Shown piece after piece: positions 25,870-41,615 of a stretch of DNA of 64,000 nt. The stretch covers positions 5,766,001 through 5,830,000 of the forward strand of contig CM060731.1 in NCBI GenBank assembly GCA_030704615.1, written 5' to 3'. This stretch comes from Takakia lepidozioides. Taxonomy: Eukaryota > Plantae > Bryophyta. Position 1 is the stretch's first letter. Every line of letters begins with the position of its first letter. The notes below the pieces were generated by a model. The model was not told the DNA's origin, made no database searches, and saw nothing but the letters and a program-made list of their open reading frames with translations. Both the position numbers and the translations under genes were made by a program.

Positions 25870-27054
25870 CAACCTCAATAAGTACCCTGGATTCATAGAC
25901 TTGTGGTCTGACTCTTCCAACAACCAGACCATGTACACGGCAGACATATTGAGGGGGTACGGGTGTTATCACCAAAGGTTCGTACCAATAAGCTTGAAAA
26001 TTTTGGTAATCTCTCAGGAGAGTTGAGCAGATGACACCTCACTGCCTAAGGCGACTAGATCGCATTTTTAGTCGAGCACCAGTTGCGAACCCCAAATTTC
26101 AGTGGACCAACATTCATCCATTCACATTCATCCTCATTCATCCACAATATTTCAACATGTTCATCCAAATTCGGAGCGCGCCATCCACATTCACTCCCTC
26201 TCGACATAGACTTCATCCTCATCAATTCATCGACAACCATTCTCCCCTTCTTAGGTCCCTTCTCATCGCCAAAATATGGTTCTTTATGTGCCAAATGCGC
26301 AAGTCCGCGGCTATAGGCCCCCTTCTGCCAGTTCTGTCCGCGGTTATAGGTCTGTGCGTGTGGAAATGACGTGGCGTAACGTCACGTGGCGTCAACCACA
26401 CTAGCAAAACGTGACGTGGTGTGAACCAGGCTGGCGAGGACTGCTGACGTGGCGTGAACCTGGCTGCGCTCACGCGGAGGCATCCCCCCTTGTTGAGGAC
26501 TGCTGGGTGTTGAAGCGGAGTGCCTTGTTTGCATCAGTGGACGAGGAAAAGAGGATCGCATAGAAACCGTGCCCCATGGAGAGGCTGAAATGATGCGCCA
26601 GGCCACCTCTCTCTCCCAGATGTTCGATGACCCATCGTCTAATCGACCTCCGAGGCCACGGTTTTCCAGGAAAGTACAGCAGTATGCCTGTTTTGGTTAG
26701 CTTCTCAGCTTGCGCTTGTAATTTGGCCTTGTTGAGGGTCAGAACTGGCTGCTCCTTCTCCATGTGAAGAACAATGTCTTCCCATAATACTTCTGAAAGG
26801 ATTGGCGAGGGGTGTGGGGCAGGGGATGCTGGGCCTGCTGGGCCTTTTCCAAGAATGGATGCACCTGCTGCCTCCATCAAAGCGTTTTCCGCTTTCCAAA
26901 TCTGGCTTTTGGCTTTAGCTACTGGGGAAGCACGTGCACGCTTACCACCTTTGGAGCCGCGACCTCTGGATTCCATGAGAAGGACTGCAACGAAGGATAG
27001 GGTAGAGCGGCGATTAGCCAAGAATGGAATGAATATCTGCTTCAGTGAATGCAA
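25870..27054 (-). mobile_element. L1-type LINE ORF1 relic (DUF4283/RRM-like), interrupted at ~26030-26475
   Basis: ORF 26470-27054: ILLYFPGK...IRRWV...SMGHGFYAILFSSSTDANKAL, typical of plant L1 ORF1; continuation near 25870-26030 is decayed. Confidence 0.6.
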
Positions 27055-28470
27055 GTTTGAGGTGAATCAGCTGAGACTAGAAAAGGGGATGAGAGAGTTG
27101 TTTTGAGAAAGGGGAATTGTGGGATTAGTGGTCACTGCGGGCACTGAAGAGAGAGGATAGGAGAAAGAGGATAGAGAGTGGAGGTGAAATTGCAGGGGTG
27201 CAGTGATGTAAGCTTGACAGACTAAGATGTCGGTTGCCTGTACATTTGAGCTCGACACCAGACCTTGTTACAGTATAAGCAAGAAATCACCATAGCGCAG
27301 ATTGACCTATCATAGGTCAGTGATACTTCCCTGTTAGTAGAGAACGTAAGGGCGAAGGGCAGCCCAGTATCCTCCATTTATCGCTCTTCTGTCACAGTTC
27401 ATAAAGAGATTCTGCCTTGTGGAGGCTTTGCAGAGACTTTGCAGAGAGTAAGTAGCCACCATTTTGCGACAAGGACTTTAGTGCCTGGGGGGGACATGCC
27501 AGAGAGGTGGCTGCACCGAAGTTGACATGACGGCTCATAAATAGAGCCGAGGTGGTGAGAGGGGGGAGAAGGATGTTTCTAGAGCTTATGAATGAAGATA
27601 TTTTCCATGCTTGCTAGTAACAGAGAGAGGAATGAAAGAAGAATGATGGGAGATCCTGGGGAGAGAGATGAACGAGATGTATTGTCATGAACCTTGCTTC
27701 ATCTCTATCCGTTGGAAAGCACAGGGCCTGAGAGCATTGGAATTTTCCTTTGAAAGTCTATCCTTGCCTTTCAAAGAGTAGTGAACCAAAGAGGAGATCA
27801 TGCTTGGTGATGAAATCACAGAAGCTCAAAGTTCAGGGAGAATCGGCTAAGTCCCCCGTCGCACTCACCGCAAACCGCGGAGCGCCGATGAGGAACATAG
27901 CCCCTCTCTCACTCATGGGGTTTGAACACCTACTAGTAAATTGTCGCTTCGTTGTCAAGAGTGCATTAGAGTGCATTAGAGTGCACTCTACCTTTCAGAA
28001 TTAAATTCGTGTAAAGCTTATCTGGTATCTAACCGGCCTTGCTCAATGGCCACTCACACAATGTGGATTTCTTTTGTGTAGCACCACATGAGATTTCTGG
28101 AAATGCAGCATCCTGCGCGCGGGAACAGAGGCCTTGGGCTTAATTTTATTGGCTCCTCTTTATTTTAAAGAGGAGACTACTCATCGGTGTCATTGCTAAG
28201 CCGCTGTTGTGCCTTCCCCAAGTGTCACCTCCTCTCCTTTGCTGAAAACTACTTCATGAAGTGCCTCCAGGTAACATCTCTCTTATTGAACAATTTATGA
28301 GGAATAAATGGATGAAATTTCAAGTTCATTATGGATGAAAGTAGATTTCGTTATTCATAAAGAGGAGCAGACTATTGTTGTGAACTCAAGTGCTGAGATA
28401 AATGCATTTGGAGGTTGAAAATTGTTATGCTTCTATCGTTATTAGGTCCGGAAGTGCATGCACAAAATGT

Positions 28471-33068
<4,598 letters not shown>

Positions 33069-33880
33069 GGTGTTGCTAATTACCAATTGATCTCAGAAGT
33101 ATTAGTAATGAGACTCTACGTAGACTTTACCATCCAGCTTACCCACACAAGCTAATGAGAATGACGCACAGATGACAATGAAACACTAAAGGGACAAGAG
33201 CAGGCTGCACCCTTCTAGATATAGGGACTGAATCTGCTGCTCCCTTGGCTACTAGAGAGGAGAGCTGTGAGGATCCTACAGAAGTAGCTCAGTCCCACGG
33301 TTGCAAAGGACTCGATAAGATCAGGATGGTTTTCGCTGCCCAAGAAAATAGAGCCCCAGAATTTATAACCAATTGATAGGGATCTAAACTCTATCTAAAA
33401 TATGTAGAAATGTGGTGGCGAACATTGCTAGATTGGGCGGATCCCACGTAAAGCGTGTTCAAACCATGTCGCGGATAAGACGACGCAGAGTGGACTCAAG
33501 AGCCCCTCTGTGACTGCACTCGAAATCTGTTGCACAGTTGCACGTAGTGTCGTGTAGTCTGACTACCGTAGTCTGTAACTCTGCTGCGAATACGAAGTCT
33601 TTCATTAAAATCATGTACACTCTACACCAACATTGCTACTCTACAATTAAATTACTCCGTAAAAACCTATCTAGTGTAGTTTGGTGGGCTTTAAATAGCA
33701 TAAAATCCCGCTTGTCCTGTTACGCCGTGGAGCCCATGGGATGGGGGCCCCTAATCTCAGATTACGAGCAGATAGGCAGGTAGTTTTCTTTTCACACGTT
33801 TTACTGCTGGGCTCTGTAAATTCACTGGACGTTAAAGAAACTTTATCTTTACAATGCATTTCTTACGTGAGTTAAAGTTA

Positions 33881-33977
33881 AAGTCCTGTAACTGGGGCTT
33901 TACGCGATTCAAGACTCGGGCTCCCGCCATGGGGGCTATGGAATCTTGAATCGCGTAAAGGCCTCGTTGCAGGACTT
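33881..33977. repeat. ~100-bp foldback (MITE-like hairpin)
   Basis: AAGTCCTGTAAC/GTTGCAGGACTT outer arms and perfect 17-bp CTTTACGCGATTCAAGA/TCTTGAATCGCGTAAAG inner arms. Confidence 0.85.
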
Positions 33978-35386
33978 AAAAATTAAGGACTACATAAAAC
34001 TAAGAATAAAATAGGGGTATCTTTCACGAGGTGGAGTATTCTGCCGACGTGGAGTATTCCGCGGCTTTTAAGACATTCTCAGGCCCAATCGGCCATCCTC
34101 GGTGTCCTACCGATTCGGCATGCTTGGATGGCCGATTATGCACCCACGATGGCACAATATGCAACTACCCATGTACATGTCATCAGCCATCACCCCGCCC
34201 ACCATTCCCTTGAAGCTCGCCCCGGTTTACCTCATTCTCTCTGCGCATTGACGTCCAATTGGAAACTCTGGACATGTGAGACCACTGGCAACAAAACTTC
34301 ATTGTCAGTGCTATTGGACGTGGTCACATGATTTCCCGCTGGCTATGGTTTGGGGTGTGTCTTCTTAACAAGGCACATTCCCATCTGGATCTTTTGTTTT
34401 AGTCTGGGATAGGCCTGTCTGTGGCAGTCTGTCTCCTGCACAATTCACTGTTGTCTGTTATCAACTTCTGAATGGCCAAGTAGTTAGGCGAAGTGCAGTT
34501 TACATATAGCAAGGCTGCAATCAGGACCGCAGACAGCTGCAGAAGTATCTATAAGGGGTACCAACTGACGGTTGGAACTCTGGTGCTTCGTTGTACTCTT
34601 GTGACTTCTAAACTGATGCAAGTGTTTAGAATAACAACTTCTCCCACCTGTGCAACTACAACTAGAGCCACACTCTTAGGCAACACACCACAATCCCTAC
34701 CCGGTCTGTTGGTCCTACGGACCACTGAACTTTATCAATCTCAATCAAAGAGCTCCTTGAGGGCAATGAACAATTGCAGGGATTTTAGACACTTTGAGCG
34801 GCACAACCTGAGAAGACAGGTAAGATTTCTTGTGCTGTGCAAAATCAAACTACATCCTTTATCATAGCCCATATCCCCAACTCAGTCCAGGAAACGTCCC
34901 TGGGAATCCATTTCTATGAATTTCTTTACTCCTCTTTGTAGGACAAAACTAGCCCACCAGCATGGAGCATCAGGTTTTAGTACAAGTCTTTGGCATAGTC
35001 TCCAACACTTATTCAATATACAAGTAATTCATCTCCATGTCACGGACCACATGGCCAACGAGGTGCATTGTGATCCCAATTTCATTGCTGAATGTCACTC
35101 AGTCGAGGCCTACTCATTTGTCTGCACCTCCAGGTCCCTCCTCAGTCATGACCCTGTCCATAAACCTCGTCTCCCCTTTGATGATTTCCACTGCTCCGAT
35201 ATCGCAAATCTCAATGCAGGACACCCTAGGCAAAGGGCCGTGATATAGCTGGATAGGAGCTCAAACGCGGAAATCGTTATCAGCCAGATGACTTGAGTGA
35301 AAATAGTCCTACCTGGCATTGCTTGAGGGGCCCTCTTTGTGGTTCAGGACCTGTTAACCTGGGCTGCGAAACAATCTCTAATTCTG

Positions 35387-36017
35387 GGCATCGCACATTA
35401 CAGAAGGTAAATCCAAGAATCTGATATACGCATTGGCCTCTCCATGAAACTGTTGTAGCATTCTACCTTGAGTGAGCAGTGTGCTCCTTGACTAAATCTG
35501 AAACCTTCTGTATCTATGAAGGCAGAGATCTTCTGAAACACTGATCTTCTTGAAGATGATTGTGGTCTCGACCCATCAGGGCATGAGCTGAGATTGAAGG
35601 TAAAGTAGCAATCACGAGTGCAAAGCTGGATAATCTCCTCGTAGGGGTTGATTGTTCAAGGGCTGCCTTTCATCGTACGAGAAAGCAGAACACCCTATTT
35701 CCCAGCATCACGACCACTTGGTTATATCCACACTCTAGTGAGGAAAGGGTGCATGATTTGGATAAACTCATACTGCACTGTAAATCGGCTCATAGCCCTG
35801 TACATTTCTGCTTTGCTTGATGTAGGAGGCGGCCTGGGCCGTTTCCAGCATAGCAGCAGGATCAGTGCTCCACAAGCAGACGTTGTTTATGGGGGACCGT
35901 ATAGTGCCCCCTCTGCTACATTTGTTAGCAACTGCTGCTTTTGATGTGAGAAAGGAGTCGGCCTATGCGTTGGGAAATTTGTGTGTTGCTCCTCAGGGAA
36001 GGGCAAGGGAGGGGGAC
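35387..36017 (+). pseudogene. Duplicated importin-alpha fragment (exon end + whole intron + part of next exon)
   Basis: Colinear high similarity to 60290-60917, from GGGCATCGCACATTACAGAAG|GTAAATCC to GGAGGGGGAC. Confidence 0.93.
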
Positions 36018-36212
36018 TAGTGACTGGAGGGGGTCAGGTTGAACACTCTCCCCTCCTTAAGTGTTCAACCTGTCCCCCTGTCCCCCTGTTGACTTTGTGA
36101 AAAGAAGACCGTTAGATTCACAACTTTTTAGCTCTGCCATTGAGGTGCCATTGGTTCCATCAGTCTGAGCTTCTAGTATTGATTTCTTTCTCACAAGTTA
36201 AATTGGGTGATA

Positions 36213-36455
36213 GGCTGGTGTCGTGAAGAAGGATCTGATCAATGAAGATCTTAAGCACAATGTTCCCAACACATTTGGTATCTCCCATCCAGGTGGTGGC
36301 CAGCCAAACAGCTTAGTCTGAGGAACCTCCCCTGTTATCATGAGCCATCGCTGCGGCATGTGGGTTGTTTGTAGCAGCAGCAGCAGAAACAAGTGTTGGG
36401 AGGGCTCACATGTGGAGGGGCAGGGGTAGATCTCGATGTCCCCAGTTCCTCACAG
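36213..36455 (+). pseudogene. Duplicated eIF1 last exon and 3' UTR, inverted relative to the resident gene
   Basis: AG|GCTGGTGTCGTGAAGAAGGATCTGATCAA (AGVVKKDLI) plus UTR matching the reverse complement of ~45545-45799. Confidence 0.88.
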
Positions 36456-37041
36456 CTGATACTCTTTCTTTTACTTGCTTGTGATCGGACTGGGTACTAA
36501 GTCTATGGATATGGAATGTAGTCTGCCCCGATCACTTACACAGCTCTTACCATTGTGAGGACATTGTGCCACAGCATCTGCTTTCCTTTTTGTTTGTAAT
36601 ATTTGAGAGTTGCATTGTATCCAAAAGGCAGTATTTGTAGAAGGCATGGGACAAGTTCAGAAAGCAGACAGGCACGTCCTTGACACAAGATTTTGCTTTA
36701 CTCAGAATTTTAAAAGAAAAGGAATGGATGGTTTTACAAGTCTCAGCACACAGGGTATCATATTTGGATGGGATGTAATATGGCTGTTTGGTTCTCTGGC
36801 TTTGGGATATCAAATGGGGAATCTTCTATATAAAATCCACAACTGAGTTTCCATGACAATGTGAATAAAAAACCTTGGGAAAGACTAGGCTACCTATCAA
36901 AGATGGGAAAACTTCCTAGACCAGAGACCAGGCACCAAGTGCAAGCAAGCAACAGGGCAGCAATGCACCAACCACAGTGTCAGACAGCTATTGGACCATT
37001 CATAACGAACATATCACTGAGGACCTCACAACAACACTGTA

Positions 37042-37407
37042 TGTGAATGACGTCAACGCCATTCACAAAAATACCAACAAGGAACCAATTACTTAGCTCC
37101 CAATCCATGTAAATTCAAATTGTCGCTGGTGAATAATATAGACACAGAAGTGAATATCGTCAACGACATTCACTTTGGATTTCTCATAACACAACTTATC
37201 AAGCCTCCAGAACTCTATGGACATTACAAAAATTTACATAACTCTGAGGACCTCTCAACAACTCCGGATGTGAATGTCGTCAACGCCATTCAAGGACATT
37301 ATGAATTCTAATCAGGGACACTATAATTACACTTCATAACCAGGTGAATTCATATACTCGCTTAAGAATGACTCAGACAAAGAAGTGAATGTCGTCAACG
37401 ACATTCA
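37042..37407. repeat. Array of four ~24-bp palindromes GTGAATGnCGT-CA-ACGnCATTCAC spaced 107-120 bp
   Basis: Copies at 37042-37067, 37148-37175, 37271-37292, 37386-37407; alternate spacers are partly related (dimeric ~230-bp unit). Confidence 0.92.
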
Positions 37408-37430
37408 ATCTGGATCTATGATTGCAATCC

Positions 37431-40274
37431 TTATGAAGCCACATTTTTTCCCAAAAAAACAGTAGAGTTTTCCAGTATGACATTGCACCTGTACACAACT
37501 CGCATCATGGCCCACTCTCCTCCAACCTGACTGTCAAAGTCGTTGGACCGTAAAATGTTACCATCTTTGGAGAACTCTCGGAAAAAACAGTATCTCCAAG
37601 TGAGACCTCTCCACTTCCTTATGTATGCCTCCAATGACATTTGGGGAGGGGAAACAATCGAAATGTTCAGGTCCTTCAAAGTCTGATCCAGCACAATGAC
37701 GGCGGCGCGCTTTTCGAGCTGCAAATTGTATATTTGTTAGAATTGCAAATAAGATACTCATCACATACTTGAAGAAAAGAAAACGATATATTTGAATACA
37801 CACCTGACTCCAAAATGTAGCCTTGTGGAGCCAGTTATCAAACACCAAATCACTGATTCCTTCCACCTTTGTGCCAGGCTGTATGGTGCTCTTTGGGAAC
37901 TGATTCAAGTCCTTTACTGTTTGATCTAAGTTCCATATCTCCAGCCACCTTATTTTTGTTTGTGGGTCGACCATCGATATGGCCAGCCGGTGCAATTTCT
38001 CCTGCTGCACATGCTTGTCATAGTGTGTTTTGATCTGTTGAAGGAACTCAGAACCAAGTCCAGGATCTACTATTCTAAGCTGCTTTCCGAAGGCGGACAT
38101 TAATTTGGTTCTTCGCATTTCAAACTCCTTCTTTATTGCAGCTTCCACACCCTTTGATGTCCTTAGTTCCTCTGGCGTAGTGCGGTAATATTCGGATTTT
38201 CCCTTCTCAGCTGCCTCTGTCAATTCTTGCTGCATTGATTCAAGTAGTGATTAGCACCGAAGGGACTACAAACATGTATTCGAAAAGTAAACTGAATACA
38301 GACTCGGGCTTACCGCATACATGTACTCCAGAAACGCCTCTCGTGTCAAAGAATACCAAGTGCCTGCAGCTCTTCCTGTTTCGCACTTCTTGATTATATT
38401 GGGTGGGAGTACTGTCCGAAAATCATCTAGCTTCATCAGACCAATCCTCTGAATTCGGAATAGTGTGTGGACCAAGCTTGTTGTCACATGCGATTTCTCT
38501 GTCGATCTGCAAAAACATTGGAAACATTGCATTCGTTAACACTGTTTTTTGGGGATTAATAAGACACTACAGAGGGAATGAATCTCCTGGATGACTTACT
38601 TGTTCACGTCATACATAGCTGTAAGAAGCCTAGCGATGTCGTTTCCAGGATCCAAAACCATTGTCTCCACAGCAACATGCTTGTCTTTGTCTTTCGCATG
38701 GTGTTTCTGAATGTATCCCATCCATGCCAACAATCGGTGGTTGCCGTCCCAGACGTAGAACATGTGGTTGCAGAATTGATGGGTGTTCTTTCCCATCATG
38801 AGGCCCAGCTCGAACTCCTCATTGGCATCTTTCCAGCACTCATCCCAGTTATCACTGATCTCTGGAGACACTAATGTGCTTTTCCCATTTATATCCATCA
38901 GTGACACATAAAAAACTTGTGCACCAAGTCTATATCCATGCACAACATCACTCTCCAATTTTGTTATGTCATGGGAAAGAGGTGGACGCACAACAGGCAT
39001 AGATATCATCCGGCACAGAGGGATGTCCAGACGCCCTCCAGATACGAGCATGTCCATTATAACCTCCTGAGAATTTACCTTCTGGAATGACATGAGTTCT
39101 TTCACCTTGTCAAGGTAGTGCACTTCAGATTCATCTGCTTCATTTGTATTCTCTGAGCTTTTTCCGGACTCGTCCCCATCTCCAGATCATTTCCCCTCTG
39201 ATCCTGTAGGCTTGGACCTCACAGTTTTCTGCACGATGCCATTCAATTCTGACTGAGTAATTTGCAAATAGTGAACGGCGGTAACGACCATCACTTTGTC
39301 TCCAAGAAACTCACTATGAATGGTGTGAAACAATTCAGCACAATCTACACAAGCAAAGCTGATCCTGCCGTATTCAAAACAAAAGCGAGAGCGATAGCGA
39401 ATGGCGTTAACGACAATCACAAAAGATAAGGACCTGCCGGATCGGTGTTGTGTAATGACATCTATGTGTAAGTGATTGGCGGCAACGACATTCAGTATAG
39501 TTTAGGGCGGACAATAAGTGCAGATTATTCAGATTGACTCCATTGTGATTACTGTCGCCAGCATGGGAAGAGGAATGACTGCTTGAAAGGCAATCAGACA
39601 GACTGTATGATCTGAACAACGATGATTGAGGGTATGCCGACCCTCACTCTCTCTTTAAACACATAGGTACATAAATCTCATGAGGAGAATCGAATGGCGT
39701 TAACGACGCTCGCAATTCAGTAGACTTCAATCACATGTTCCTGCTAAAGAAGGGAAGAAAAAGGACTGCTTGAAAGGCAATCAAACAGACTGTATGATCT
39801 GAACAACAGTGAATGACGGTACCGTCAGTCACCCACTCATTGTGCGGTAAACCCTTAGCAGAGGAGTAGAAAGCAAATCACCGTTGTGATGGTCGGTAGC
39901 AACAATCCCTGTCTGGGACATTCCACTCAATCTCTACGCAGATCTTCAACAATGAAATGTAAGTTAGAGAAAACTTACTGGCGCCTTCTTAGGTTTTGAA
40001 ATTGGATCCCCTTCTGCAGCTTTCCTCTTCCTCTCACATCTGCTGGAATTTCTGTCTGCTCTAGGGTTTCTGGACCTTCTCCCGGTTCAGCGTTCCTCTT
40101 GCTTCCACCTCCTTCAGTGTCCCTGCGAGTCATCTCTGCATCCACAGGCTGGCGTACTCTTATCGCCGACTGTGTCACAGCCGCTGCCTCAGTCTCCGTC
40201 TGCTCTTGTGAATCAGTCTCCGCGTTCACCTGCTGCCTTGGCCCTGTGTTCTCCAACAAACGACGCCTCGTCAT
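37431..40274 (-). pseudogene. Spliced gene with ParB/sulfiredoxin-like N-terminal domain, mildly decayed
   Basis: Exons ~40274-39979, ~39228-38600, 38506-38314, ~38229-37804, 37718-~37431 with GT/AG sites; motifs RLDIPLCRM...VVRP and FYVWDGNHRLLAW; one in-frame TGA at ~39188 and a probable frameshift in exon 1. Confidence 0.7.
39271..39910. repeat. Second palindrome array of the same family, in intron 1 of the ParB-like gene
   Basis: Copies at 39271-39294, 39397-39420, 39472-39495, 39691-39712, 39809-39832; weaker ones near 39623 and 39886. Confidence 0.8.
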
Positions 40275-41079
40275 TTGCTCTCTTGCTCTGCGTCTCTCTA
40301 AGGGCAGTAAATAAAGAGACTCTCTCTCGTTCGGATTGTAGAAAGAACCCTCTCCATCTTGACTCCCCTTTCATCTCTAAGGCGCGAAAAGTAGAAAACT
40401 CAGTGACTCCCGATTTCTTTGCGGGATTGCCTACTTTTTGCTTGTCTTCTAAGCATCGGATTCCCTCTCGCGTGACTCGTTATATACATAGTCGTTCCCT
40501 TATTAGTGCACATGGCATGCAATTAGTGTAACAGCTGTTCGTATTCGTTATGGATGTCTTGACGTGTGTCGCCCAAAATAAACGGCGTCTTCTGTATTAG
40601 AACGGTTGTCAATATTTAAAAATAACAGCATCCCAGAATCTTGGCGTACGGTCTTACACAAATAAATGTAAATAACAAGAGTTTGATGACAATTTTGGAA
40701 TATCCTACCCTAGGTCATCCGTGTTCGCCAACCCCACATTCGTTTCACATTTGGAACTTTCCAAGTGCGCATGATAAGTTAGTAGTTTAAGATACATTTA
40801 CTTAATCTGCAATCCTATCCTCAAATCCTGTGAGCATGCTTCCAGGAAGTCGGCTTTTGTTTTGGGTATTGATGAGGTTTCTGATTAACGGTTTAACAGC
40901 AAGCGCCGACCTCTAGCTCCTAGGATACTCTGACCACTGGGCCCCACAAGAAAGTAATTAACATGGACGTTGCAGATCTGGAAAGATAACTACATATGCA
41001 CATCGTGTCCTGAGCTTCCTCCGCCTATCCTCTGCTCATTCTTCAACTGTGTTCTGGAGACATCATAAACCGATTTACA

Positions 41080-41493
41080 CTAGATCTCTGCGATAGCAAG
41101 GTATAAACATACGCGAGGAAGGAAGATGGCTTCCTCTGAAGCGGAGTTTCTTCTCTGATGACAACCAGTGCCATTCTCTCCAGGAAATCCTTGACCAATG
41201 GATTTGCAATTGTTCTGGAACATTTCTTGGCTACCCTTTTCAGCTGCAAAATGGCTCAATCTTTTGGAGAAGAGGTGGAACAGCTTAAGGGAAGTTGTTG
41301 AAAACCTTTCCAAAACCGTGATGAGACGGCGCATATCAGCCATGGAGAGTGCGTCCTGGTCGATACAGAGTACTTGTAGAGCCTCGGCGAAAGTCCCTTG
41401 GTCAATTGTGCCGCCCGGGACTGCTGCTCTTATCGGTCCGGTTGAAGACACCGGGAGGTGGTGGTGAAAAAAGACAGACGTCCTCCACTCCAA
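41080..41493 (-). other. Unassigned 137-aa ORF inside the large element, divergent from the transposase
   Basis: ORF with a possible frameshifted continuation (41043-41249); no family recognised. Confidence 0.3.
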
Positions 41494-41615
41494 TCGTTGA
41501 GCTTTTCGGATTCGTTCCGATGATTACATAAGTGAAATTCCAAATCCAGTCCTTCACTACTGTGTTTGGAGAAGCTTGTGAGACGAGATTTGTAGTGTCA
41601 TTTCCAATTGCGGGC

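Noticed and set aside
34300-35380. Further exons of the ParB-like gene or other captured genes
   Set aside because: Coding-like on the minus strand but stop-ridden and unrecognisable without a search.
37042-37407. CRISPR array
   Set aside because: Eukaryotic context, no cas genes, spacers ~85-95 bp and partly related to each other.
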